Source: Candidatus Woesearchaeota archaeon
GTDB lineage: Archaea > Nanobdellota > Nanobdellia > SCGC-AAA011-G17 > GW2011-AR17
Direction of reading: 5' to 3'
Assembly (NCBI GenBank): GCA_009691355.1
Contig: SICW01000002.1
Span: 1 to 36,880, forward strand
DNA: 36,880 nucleotides
The notes under the pieces were generated by a model. It did not search any database and was not told the origin of the DNA. It worked only from the letters and a program-made list of their open reading frames with translations. The position numbers and the translations under genes were made by a program. Shown one piece after another: positions 8,118 through 17,084 of the stretch (position 1 is its first letter; the number at the start of each line of letters is the position of its first letter).

Positions 8118-8287
8118 GAGATATGTTGCCCTTTATAAAGCTGTGGTTGAGTCGTAGATGGTCTTAAAGCCAAGAATGCCGGATTTAGGTCATTTTAAGA
8201 AGAATTCTAAGCCCATTATTCTTGTCATTTTCCTTCTAAAAGTCTCCTTGTGGAGTAAATTACCCTGAAAAAGAAGAACAAATCAGG

Positions 8288-8803
8288 TTACTCGTATCTA
8301 TGTGTTTTAAGATAAGTCTTTATGTCTGCAATAAAAGCAGAAGCATCTTTTCCCAGCTCTGACTGATACCTGGACCATTTCCCCTTTGCAATCAGTTTAT
8401 CATAAATTTCACGAAAAAGCGTTTGATAGGCATTTTTTTTGGATAAGGTCCAATCGGACTCAATGTCTTTTTCAATAAAGTTTGCAATTTTTATGGTGAC
8501 CGTCCCTTTCTGTGCAGACTTCTTCTTTCCATCATGTAACTCTATTTGAATATTTTCTGCTTCAGCTTTAAAATCAATACTAAAAAGAAACTTGGTATAA
8601 TCATCTACGCGCTTATCTGCAACCCATTGAAATGAATAGAGTTTCTTTCCTTCTGCAAGTATTTTTTCTGTATAATCTGTCTCTGCAGCATCATAACCCC
8701 TTAAACTAAGCCATTTCTTTAAATAATTATATAATTCTTTTTGGTCATAGACTAAAGTACTGCTAATTGTTTTTGCAGGACTGAGAAAATCTTTTACACC
8801 CAT
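8288..8803 (-). CDS. Orphan protein, paralog A of a tandem pair
   Basis: 171 aa. Alignable by eye to the neighbour at 8840-9331 through shared W..x..GY, W.A.K.V..Y.KF.F, G.V.I...I.KD and Y.K.IA blocks. Confidence 0.6.
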   Translation of the reverse strand: MGVKDFLSPAKTISSTLVYDQKELYNYLKKWLSLRGYDAAETDYTEKILAEGKKLYSFQWVADKRVDDYTKFLFSIDFKAEAENIQIELHDGKKKSAQKGTVTIKIANFIEKDIESDWTLSKKNAYQTLFREIYDKLIAKGKWSRYQSELGKDASAFIADIKTYLKTHRYE

Positions 8804-8826
8804 AGAGCATTTGTAGGATTTTGGGG

Positions 8827-8836
8827 GATATAAAGC
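8827..8836 (-). promoter_or_regulatory. TATA-like box for paralog A
   Basis: Minus-strand GCTTTATATC is centred about 28 nt upstream of the ATG at about 8803. Confidence 0.45.
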
Positions 8837-8839
8837 TTT

Positions 8840-9331
8840 CTATTTCAAATGTGATTTTAACGTATTCGTAAGATCAATAGATTCTACAGCAAGCTTTCCC
8901 ATGAATTTCTTTAACTCAGCTTCAGCAATGTACTTTTCATAAAACTGACGCATCATTTCTTCATACCATACTGAACCGTATTTATTTTGGTAATCCTTCT
9001 TTATTGTTGCAGTCATCATGATCAGAACTCTTCCCCAATAGATTTCTTGACCATCTTCTAGAACAATTTTTCGTACATCTTTTGCAGTGATACTTAGATC
9101 AAAAGCAAACTTGACATACTCCGTTACTTCCTTTTCTGCAGTCCATTCCGTCTCAATTTGATCCCCAGAGCCAATGTCTTTTTCTGCGAGGCCCTTTTCA
9201 TAGAAAAAATACCCCATTTGGTTAAACCAAGAAGGAATTGACTTGAGTAGCCCCATGATATCCACATAGGAGTGATGCTTTATCTGGGCATTATTAATTA
9301 TTTTAATCTCTTTTCTTTTTTCTGCTCCCAT
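8840..9331 (-). CDS. Orphan protein, paralog B of a tandem pair
   Basis: 163 aa. Same conserved blocks as 8288-8803. Own TATA-like box upstream. Confidence 0.6.
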   Translation of the reverse strand: MGAEKRKEIKIINNAQIKHHSYVDIMGLLKSIPSWFNQMGYFFYEKGLAEKDIGSGDQIETEWTAEKEVTEYVKFAFDLSITAKDVRKIVLEDGQEIYWGRVLIMMTATIKKDYQNKYGSVWYEEMMRQFYEKYIAEAELKKFMGKLAVESIDLTNTLKSHLK

Positions 9332-9377
9332 TTATTCTTTATGAGAGAGAGAACTTAATAATAGTTTCGGTTAAGAA

Positions 9378-9932
9378 TTACTCTTCATCAGAAGATCTTA
9401 TTGTCTTTTCTCTATGGCACTCTGCACAAATATATTGATCATCTACTTCGTAGAGCTTTCCAAAATTTTCACAGACTTCGCAGGTGCCCTCTACAGACTT
9501 CCCTTTCTTTGTTTGTAAGCGGATATTAGATTGTTCCCGGAGTAAATCAAAAAGGGCAGGCTGTAATTTAATAATATCATTCAATGTGAGCATCCCAATG
9601 AGTTTTTTGTTATTCAGTACAGGAAGTCTTCGTACTTTTTCCCGCTTCATTATACTAATCGCTTCTGAAAGATCTTGCTCAGGAGAAATAGTATGTACTT
9701 TCTTTATCATTACTTCTTTTATTTTTGTTGCTTCTGGGTTTAATCCTTTAGCTAAAAAATGGACCAGATCCTTTTCTGTAATAATTCCTTCAAGTTGATC
9801 CTCTTTTACTATCAAGAGACTTCCTACTCTTTTTTTCGTCATTATTTTTGCGCACTCAAGAATACTCTTCAGACTAGAAATAGTCACTGGACTTATAGAC
9901 ATTGCATCTGCAGCTGTAACACCGGTGTTCAT
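9378..9932 (-). CDS. CBS-pair domain protein with C-terminal CxxC...CxxC zinc ribbon
   Basis: 184 aa. Two CBS repeats (VGSLLIV...GIITEKD and VRRLPVL...GMLTLNDI). C-terminus is CEVCENFGKLYEVDDQYICAECH. Confidence 0.8.
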   Translation of the reverse strand: MNTGVTAADAMSISPVTISSLKSILECAKIMTKKRVGSLLIVKEDQLEGIITEKDLVHFLAKGLNPEATKIKEVMIKKVHTISPEQDLSEAISIMKREKVRRLPVLNNKKLIGMLTLNDIIKLQPALFDLLREQSNIRLQTKKGKSVEGTCEVCENFGKLYEVDDQYICAECHREKTIRSSDEE

Positions 9933-10052
9933 ATGGATTATACTAGGAATACTATCCTTTTAAAGATTGTTATCTTTTAGTTATATTATCGATAAAAAGA
10001 AAAGTATTTAACACGTAAAACTCTTTTTTTTCTACGAAAGGGGAAATTCTAG

Positions 10053-13000
10053 ATGAGAAAAACTATAGGCAATTCTCGCTCTTTTTCTCAAATTGGAGCG
10101 AGAGTATTGAATACGAAAGGTTCTTCACTGAATAAAAAATATGTTGTGGTCTTCTTTTTGTTCCTTCTTCTTTTCTTTCTTTTAGTTTTCTTTTTTCTCA
10201 AACCTGTCTTTTTAGGCTTTACCTTTTTAGAACTAAATAATATTGTTTCTTTTACTCTTGACCCCAATTGGAACTTGAGTGAAGGATTTGTGCGAATAAA
10301 TCAAAATATCTCTTCCTATGAGAGTTATAACCTTAGTTCTTATGTTACTGATAATACATTGTCTCTGGACCTTGATTCTTATGCCTTAGAAAATGGCTAC
10401 GTATTTGTTGAGCTTTGGATCAATGGGATTATTGTTGCAAACGAATCTGTTTTCTATCAAAAACAAAGTCCTTCACAGTTTTCTTTCTTTGATCAGATCT
10501 CTTTGGCGATACAAAGTAATACCGAAGAATCTGCTGGTATTGAGAGTACAGATTCAGGATTCTTTTTAGCAAATAGTACGGGGACATACCAAGTTGACCA
10601 TGTACTTCTTGAACCGCTTAAACCTTTTATTAATGATACACTTCTTTGTAGTAATGGGTCTCTGAGTTCAGATGTTACTCAACTTCTTTATATCTGGTAT
10701 GTTAATGGAAGTTCTTTGCGTTTGGATAACCGAAGCAGCCTTGGTGTAGGAAATGCGAGTGTTCACGATAGGGTGGATTGTGCGATTATCCCTCAACAAG
10801 GAAATAGTCTTGTTGCCTACTGGCCATTTGATGAAGGATCTGGAACAGAATTTCACGAATTTGTCAATAACTACTCTGGATCAAGTAACTATTCAAACTG
10901 GACTTTAGGAAGAAATGATTATGCAATTACTCCAAATGCAACTAATAATCTTACTGTAGGAAATACTGCAGGTTTGAATCTTACTGGAAACTTTAGTTTA
11001 GAACTTTGGATCTATTCACGAGATACTACACCCCAAGAGTTATATAATTTAGATGGGTTTCGTATTTTTCTTCAATCAGGAACTATCCGAGTGCACTTCC
11101 CTCTAGGACACAATGTTAGCTCACAAAGACTGGTTTCAAAAGGAGTTCTTCCTTTGAATACATGGAACCAGATTGCTGTGACTTATGATAATACCACACT
11201 TTCTCTTTATTTGAATGGAGCACTAGATAATACTACGGCGCTCTCAGGACGGCTTGGAAATTACTCTGGAGTACTGTATTTTGGAACTGACCCTATTGCT
11301 GCAAATGGACTTAAGGGATTCATTGATGAGATTGCCTTGTACCGGATGAGTCTCACTGCACTTGAGGTCTATGATCATTATCGTTATGGGGTTTCAAGAA
11401 CTTCGAAACATAATACCTTGCTGATCAGTACAACCCAAGCAGAATTTGGCAATGGAACTTGTGCAAATGTGAATTGTATTACGCAACCAGGAAATATTAC
11501 CCTTGCTGTTGGTCTTGCCACGCCATATTCTGCTACTGGAAATTTTACTTCTCCCATTTTTGAACTTCCTAATGGATATGATGACCCTATTCTTCGATGG
11601 AATAATTTTACGCCCTTAGGAACAAATATTTCCTTACAAATACGCACAGGGATTGCTGGTGATAATGAGAGTATTTTTGGAGGAAATTTTTCTGGGCCAG
11701 ACTATACCCATAGTAAAGATCGAAACCTTCTTGTGGCATTTGATTTCTCTGAAGGAGAAGGTAACATAAGCATTTCTAAAGGGTACTTTCCTTATCAAGC
11801 AAATTTCTCTGATGTTGATTTTACTGCAAAAGGGAAACATGGATTTGGTGCAAGATTCTATGGTATTAATGGAATGACTGTAGGATATAGTCCTATACTT
11901 ACTCTTGCAAATACTCGAAATTATAGCCTTGAAATTTGGGTTGAACCTATAGATAGAATTTCAAATGTTCCTATTCTTTTTAAAAACCAATATTTTCTCT
12001 ATACAAACTCTAGTGGGAACGTTATCTTTAATGCTAGTTACTCTAGTATTACGTATAGCCTTCCCAGTGTTTCTCCACTTCCTATTGACCAATGGACTCA
12101 TATTGCAATTACACATGATTTTGATAACATTACAAGGCTCTACATCAACGGAACACTAGAGTCTAGCCTTGCAATGAATGGAACTATTGACTCTGCAATT
12201 AACTCTCTTTCCATTGGTGATGGAACGGGGTTTACTGCTTTTAATGGTACTTTAGATAGCTTTGCACTTTATAATAAGACTCTGAGTACCACTGAAGTTC
12301 TTGCACATGGACAAGATGTGTTTACCAACTCTTCTGGAGGGGAATTTACAGGGGAGTTGAATCGTTTTGTTCAGTATAGAGTTTTCTTTGTGACTAATGA
12401 TAGTACAAAAACTCCTACACTCTATGATGTTTCTCTACGTGTTTTTAATTACTCCACATTCATTTATAATCATGTTCCAGAAAATCTTTCTCTGACTTCA
12501 CCAACAAATAATACGCTGGTTAGTAGTGTGAATATTACGCTCAACTGGAATACTCCTAGAGACTTAGAAAATAATACTCGCTTCTACGAATTTATGCTTT
12601 CTAATGATTCTAACTTTAGTACGATACTTATCAGTACTCTTGCAGTGAATAATTTCTCTCGGCTAGAATATAGTGATGATAACCATACGAGTCTTATTTT
12701 CCATTTTGATACCAAAGAAAACTTTCAAAATAAAGGTGTTACTGGGACTTTCTTAAGTTATAGGACTATAGGAAAGTTTGGAAGAGGCTTTGCATTTTCT
12801 GGGGGAGGTCAATATTTCCGCTTTGGTTCTACTCCTCTTAATACGGATCAAGGAACGATTGAATTTTGGGTACAACCTTATTGGAATGCAAATGATAGCC
12901 AAGTGAACTACTTTTTGGATCAAACTGCAGATAAAGTTGCTATGAATAGGTCGGGATCACTTCTTACAGTGAGTCTTGATGCTCTAAATGCAAGTACTTT

Positions 13001-15122
13001 AACGTACAATATTAGCTCCTGGAGTGCATATGAATGGCATCATCTTGCTGTTTCTTGGAAGAGAAATGGTAATATGACTCTTTTTGTTGATGGTGCACGC
13101 GTTAATAGAACACTCTCACCTCCTTTGGTTACAGGATATGGTGAAGGTTTCTTCTATATTGGAAGTACTGCAGGTAGTAGTGGAATCTTTCCATTAAATG
13201 GAACGGTGGATGAGTTTAGAATTAGTCGTGTTGCTCGTGAAGCACTTGTAGATTTGAATACTACAAACTATACCATTACCACTGCTGATTATGCAGATAA
13301 TACCTATTACTGGAGAGTTCGTGCAATACAAAATTTTAACCTCACTCTTGAGGGTGAAAAAGAACAAGGCCCATGGTCTAGCGAAGCAATACGATTAGAT
13401 ACAAGAACACCTACACTCACTATAGATAGTTCTCCTATTGCTGTTCCATCTTCAACATTTTTCCCTATAAATATTAGTTCCAGTGAACCGACATATTGTG
13501 AATTCAAGAACCATGATGGGAGTTATGGCCCAGTAAATTTTACTTTTGGATTAAAACATAGCGTTTCTTTTAATATTAGCCTTCTCAGAGGGAACTATAC
13601 GTACTACTTTAATTGTAATGATACGGTAAATACCTTTGTTAATACCACGATGAGCTTTTATATCTTTAATAGAACGCTTAAAAATCCTACTCAAAATATA
13701 AGCACATACTCTTATCTCGCAAATATAAGCGCTAGTATTGATTTGATCACTTCAGCTGGAGAGAATATTACTACTGTTTCTTTCACCCCGAGGAATACCT
13801 TAAATGCAAAAATATTTGTCATTAAATATCCAGGGGATTTTAATCCAGAACCGCCTACAGCTGGACTAGAGTCATATATCGTTGCTTTCTGGACGGTTAT
13901 TCCTGATGATTTTCTTGTTTCTAACCTGAGTACAAATGCAAGTGTTACACTTTTTTATTCTGAAGGTGATATCTCTGGAAACTTGGCAACTAAATTTAGA
14001 CTCTATTATTATGATTATCATAAAAATGAATGGATGCCTAAAAGTGAAACTACTCCTAAAGGTGAAATGAAAATCACTTTTAGTACAAAAGATTTTGGGA
14101 CCTATACTCTCTCTGGTACTAAACCTCCAAAAAAGGCAAGTGGCACAGCAGCTGCGGAAAGTAGCATTTGGCAAACAGGTCCGTATATTCCCTTCCACGA
14201 TGAAGAAATAGTGAATTACACCACTTACGAATATCCTTATGCGCGATTGTATTCAGGAGAAGAGCAGACTATAGAACTGGACGATAGTACACTTGCACTC
14301 TTTACGGTGTATTTTGCTTCTAACACTTATTTGGAAGATGTTATTGTGAGTATTACTGGCCAAGATGCAGGAGAGGCATATGGCTCTTTTTCTATTACTT
14401 CAGAGTCTATGGAGAGCACTTCTTTAGAGTACCTCACTTTAGAATATACTGTAGATAAAGCATGGTTAGAAGAAAATGGCTATACTATAGATGATATTGT
14501 CTTTTATGATAATGATGGAAATGAATACACAGTTACTTCCGTTTCGGAAGATGAGTATTATTACTATCTCCAAAGTACGGTTAGTGGTTTTGGAACCTTT
14601 ACTATTGATGTTACTATGAATGAAGAAACTACAACAACAAGTGAAGAAAATGTATCTTCTGCTACGAATGAAAGTACAACAGACCTTACTCCACAACAGA
14701 GTTCAGTATTTAGTAATGATACTCTTGGTGCCTTCTTTACCACTCTTCTTCTTTTCCTAGCAATCATTTTTGTTTCCCATGCTGGACTTGCATTTATTCT
14801 CACCTTACAGAAAAGATATCCTTTTACTGAGAAAGATATTCTTGAAAAAGGCAAAGACTTAGGAGAATTAAAAAAACATATCTTCAAAAACCGGAGTAAA
14901 GAAGATCTTGAACAAGATCTTTTGGATCAAGGCTGGAGTAAAAGAGACTACCACACATTGCTCCAAGCTATGAAAAATCTTCCTCAAGGAAAATTAGAAA
15001 ATTATATTTATCAAAGACTTTGCATGGGGCATGATGAAGAAGAGATCTTCCAGGATCTTAAGAATGTTGGGTGGAAAGAAAATCAGATACGAAAGGAAAT
15101 TACGCGATTTCAGAATATTTAA
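10053..15122 (+). CDS. Giant surface glycoprotein/adhesin candidate: N-terminal signal anchor, three LamG (concanavalin A-like) domains, FN3/Ig-like modules, Thr/Ser-rich stalk, C-terminal TM helix and 104-aa cytoplasmic tail
   Basis: 1689 aa. N-terminal helix VVVFFLFLLLFFLLVFFFL. LamG-like repeats at about 10810-11390, 11727-12310 and 12690-13240, each with the pattern FDEG/FSEGEG ... FSLELW/YSLEIW/TIEFW ... W..IAVT ... LY.NG ... G.IDE. About 75 N-X-S/T sequons by hand count. TM helix at about 14724-14807. Confidence 0.85.
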   Translation: MRKTIGNSRSFSQIGARVLNTKGSSLNKKYVVVFFLFLLLFFLLVFFFLKPVFLGFTFLELNNIVSFTLDPNWNLSEGFVRINQNISSYESYNLSSYVTDNTLSLDLDSYALENGYVFVELWINGIIVANESVFYQKQSPSQFSFFDQISLAIQSNTEESAGIESTDSGFFLANSTGTYQVDHVLLEPLKPFINDTLLCSNGSLSSDVTQLLYIWYVNGSSLRLDNRSSLGVGNASVHDRVDCAIIPQQGNSLVAYWPFDEGSGTEFHEFVNNYSGSSNYSNWTLGRNDYAITPNATNNLTVGNTAGLNLTGNFSLELWIYSRDTTPQELYNLDGFRIFLQSGTIRVHFPLGHNVSSQRLVSKGVLPLNTWNQIAVTYDNTTLSLYLNGALDNTTALSGRLGNYSGVLYFGTDPIAANGLKGFIDEIALYRMSLTALEVYDHYRYGVSRTSKHNTLLISTTQAEFGNGTCANVNCITQPGNITLAVGLATPYSATGNFTSPIFELPNGYDDPILRWNNFTPLGTNISLQIRTGIAGDNESIFGGNFSGPDYTHSKDRNLLVAFDFSEGEGNISISKGYFPYQANFSDVDFTAKGKHGFGARFYGINGMTVGYSPILTLANTRNYSLEIWVEPIDRISNVPILFKNQYFLYTNSSGNVIFNASYSSITYSLPSVSPLPIDQWTHIAITHDFDNITRLYINGTLESSLAMNGTIDSAINSLSIGDGTGFTAFNGTLDSFALYNKTLSTTEVLAHGQDVFTNSSGGEFTGELNRFVQYRVFFVTNDSTKTPTLYDVSLRVFNYSTFIYNHVPENLSLTSPTNNTLVSSVNITLNWNTPRDLENNTRFYEFMLSNDSNFSTILISTLAVNNFSRLEYSDDNHTSLIFHFDTKENFQNKGVTGTFLSYRTIGKFGRGFAFSGGGQYFRFGSTPLNTDQGTIEFWVQPYWNANDSQVNYFLDQTADKVAMNRSGSLLTVSLDALNASTLTYNISSWSAYEWHHLAVSWKRNGNMTLFVDGARVNRTLSPPLVTGYGEGFFYIGSTAGSSGIFPLNGTVDEFRISRVAREALVDLNTTNYTITTADYADNTYYWRVRAIQNFNLTLEGEKEQGPWSSEAIRLDTRTPTLTIDSSPIAVPSSTFFPINISSSEPTYCEFKNHDGSYGPVNFTFGLKHSVSFNISLLRGNYTYYFNCNDTVNTFVNTTMSFYIFNRTLKNPTQNISTYSYLANISASIDLITSAGENITTVSFTPRNTLNAKIFVIKYPGDFNPEPPTAGLESYIVAFWTVIPDDFLVSNLSTNASVTLFYSEGDISGNLATKFRLYYYDYHKNEWMPKSETTPKGEMKITFSTKDFGTYTLSGTKPPKKASGTAAAESSIWQTGPYIPFHDEEIVNYTTYEYPYARLYSGEEQTIELDDSTLALFTVYFASNTYLEDVIVSITGQDAGEAYGSFSITSESMESTSLEYLTLEYTVDKAWLEENGYTIDDIVFYDNDGNEYTVTSVSEDEYYYYLQSTVSGFGTFTIDVTMNEETTTTSEENVSSATNESTTDLTPQQSSVFSNDTLGAFFTTLLLFLAIIFVSHAGLAFILTLQKRYPFTEKDILEKGKDLGELKKHIFKNRSKEDLEQDLLDQGWSKRDYHTLLQAMKNLPQGKLENYIYQRLCMGHDEEEIFQDLKNVGWKENQIRKEITRFQNI

Positions 15123-16588
15123 TCATTCTCTGGTTTCATTGTTGGAAAAAGAATAACCTCTTTAATAGAAGTTGCATTGGTGAATAAAATTACCATACGA
15201 TCTACACCAAGTCCTACACCACCTGTTGGAGGAAGACCATATTCCATGGAGCGTATAAAATCAAGATCCATTTGATGTGCTTCTTCATCCCCGCCACGGC
15301 CACGTTCTACTTGTTCTTCTAAAAACTGTTTTTGAAGAATAGGATCAGTTAACTCAGAATAGCCATTCCCTATTTCCCATCCGTTTATATAAGGTTCAAA
15401 ACGTTCAATCAACTCAGGGTTTCCCCTCTTTAACTTACATAAAGGGGTTGTTTCTCTAGGATGATCTGTAATAAAAGTGGGCTGAATGAGACTCTTTTCA
15501 CATAAGTCTCCAAATAATGCTGCAATAGCTAATCCTTTTGTTGTAGTTTTTTTATCATAAGGAATTTTATGTTGCTCTAGAAGATTCTTTAGATCTTTTT
15601 CAGACATTTTAGACACATCTATTTTTCCAATAGTTTTAAGTGCTTCATACATCGTCATTCTCTTCCAAGGTGTTTTAAGACTGATTTTTGTTCCTTGATA
15701 GACTAACTCTGTTGTTCCAAGCACTTTTTTTGCAATGTATTCGTAGAGTTCTTCTGTTAAAGCCATCATGTCGTTGTAATCAACACCACTCCAATAGCAT
15801 TCCATCACGGTAAACTCAGGATTATGCGTCTTATCTACACCTTCATTTCTAAAATTCTTGCAAATCGTGTAAACTTTCTCATAGCCACCAACAACCAATC
15901 TTTTAAGATATAACTCTGGAGAAATCGACAAAAATAAGTCCATATTCCAAGCATTGATATGTGTCTTAAATGGACGAGCATTTGCACCACCATAAACCGG
16001 CTGCAAGGTGGGAATTTCTACCTCAAGAAAGCCTTTTTGATCTAAGTACTCCCTCATAGCACTAATAATTTTACTTCTTAGTACGAATATTTTTTTTACT
16101 TCTGGATTTGTAATCAAATCAACGTACCTTTGGCGATAACGAATTTCTGTATCTTGAAGGCCATGGAATTTATCTGGAAGTGGAAGAAGAGATTTGCTTA
16201 GCAGAACAAATTCCCTTGCCCATACTGTTAATTCTCCCTTTTTGGTTCGGAAGACTTCTCCTTTGATGCCAATAATATCCCCCATGTCTACTAACTTGAA
16301 AACATTATAATTTTGGAGATCTTCTTCACGAAAATACACTTGTATCTGTCCTTCTTGATCTTCTATATGACCAAAAGAAGCCTTTCCCATTTCTCTTAAA
16401 GTCATGAGTCTGCCCATAAGAGAAACTTTCTCCTTTGCAGACTCTCCTTCTTTTAATCCTTTATATTTCTCCAGAAGGATAGTACTAAAGGTATAGCCCT
16501 TGTAAACATAAGGGTATGGATCAACACCTAGCTCTCTTATTTTTTTTACTTTTTCTATTCTTTCTTGAGATAAACGGTTGTGCTCCAT
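15119..16588 (-). CDS. lysS: Lysyl-tRNA synthetase, class II
   Basis: N-terminal OB anticodon-binding domain. Class II motifs FLEVEIPTLQ (motif 1), FRNEG (motif 2) and GLGVDRMVILFT (motif 3). The ORF-track start 16597 is a TTG. ATG 16588 has a TATA-like AATATATAAAT box (16612-16622) about 29 nt upstream. Confidence 0.9.
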   Translation of the reverse strand: MEHNRLSQERIEKVKKIRELGVDPYPYVYKGYTFSTILLEKYKGLKEGESAKEKVSLMGRLMTLREMGKASFGHIEDQEGQIQVYFREEDLQNYNVFKLVDMGDIIGIKGEVFRTKKGELTVWAREFVLLSKSLLPLPDKFHGLQDTEIRYRQRYVDLITNPEVKKIFVLRSKIISAMREYLDQKGFLEVEIPTLQPVYGGANARPFKTHINAWNMDLFLSISPELYLKRLVVGGYEKVYTICKNFRNEGVDKTHNPEFTVMECYWSGVDYNDMMALTEELYEYIAKKVLGTTELVYQGTKISLKTPWKRMTMYEALKTIGKIDVSKMSEKDLKNLLEQHKIPYDKKTTTKGLAIAALFGDLCEKSLIQPTFITDHPRETTPLCKLKRGNPELIERFEPYINGWEIGNGYSELTDPILQKQFLEEQVERGRGGDEEAHQMDLDFIRSMEYGLPPTGGVGLGVDRMVILFTNATSIKEVILFPTMKPEND

Positions 16589-16632
16589 ATCTTTCAAAAA
16601 AATAGATCTAGAATATATAAATCTTTCTTGGA

Positions 16633-17043
16633 TTATACGGATTTTTTATCTAAAAGAGTGATGGGCTGCCTTCCTGTAAACCCATCTCCAATTTCATGCC
16701 AGTATCTAATGTCTTGCTCTCCAAGATGCCAACAAAGATAGATATCCCTTCCTTCATGCTTTGCATTGAAATCAACAAGGCCTTTTTTAATGTCTTTTAT
16801 TACCACACCAATTGTAAGAAGCTCTGCAATGTATTTATGATAAAAGAATAATCTTTTGTAATAGTTCATATTTAGTTTTGTAATCATTAAATCCAGTTCT
16901 TGTTCTGCTTCTTCATTTTCAATATTGACTGTGCTGAGAAGTTCTAAAGCTTTATGCGTTTTTAGAATTTTAATAATTTTTTCTTCCACAATTGGAAGGA
17001 GAAGTCGCGCTTCCTCCAGACTGTAATATACTGGATACTGCAT
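16633..17043 (-). CDS. DUF2203-like protein
   Basis: YSLEEARLLLPIVEE ... GVVIKDIKKGLVDF ... IYLCWHLGEQDIRYWHEIGDGFTGRQPI matches my recollection of the DUF2203 pattern. The track start 17088 is a TTG. ATG 17043 has GCTTATAAG about 27 nt upstream. Confidence 0.6.
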   Translation of the reverse strand: MQYPVYYSLEEARLLLPIVEEKIIKILKTHKALELLSTVNIENEEAEQELDLMITKLNMNYYKRLFFYHKYIAELLTIGVVIKDIKKGLVDFNAKHEGRDIYLCWHLGEQDIRYWHEIGDGFTGRQPITLLDKKSV

Positions 17044-17084
17044 TCTAGAGGATAGCCTTTCTTCACTTATAAGCTTTGTGTCTA

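Noticed and set aside
8140-8163. Second, degenerate tRNA-Val-like remnant (GCTGTGGTTGAGTCGTAGATGGTC versus tRNA GCTGTCGAAGGTTCGAGTCCTCCCTGGCC). If real, it would make 2071-8140 an older integrated block.
   Set aside because: The similarity needs two gaps and gives only about 17 scattered matches, which is compatible with chance in 37 kb. It is worth a formal alignment but is not supportable by eye.
8158-8268. 36-aa ORF (MVLKPRMPDLGHFKKNSKPIILVIFLLKVSLWSKLP) in the 170-nt gap upstream of the DEAD-box gene. I also considered a cold-shock-type long 5' UTR or a C/D sRNA here.
   Set aside because: The ORF has no TATA or SD context. The DEAD-box gene has its own TATA about 18-36 nt from its candidate ATGs. 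No box motifs or convincing stems were seen.
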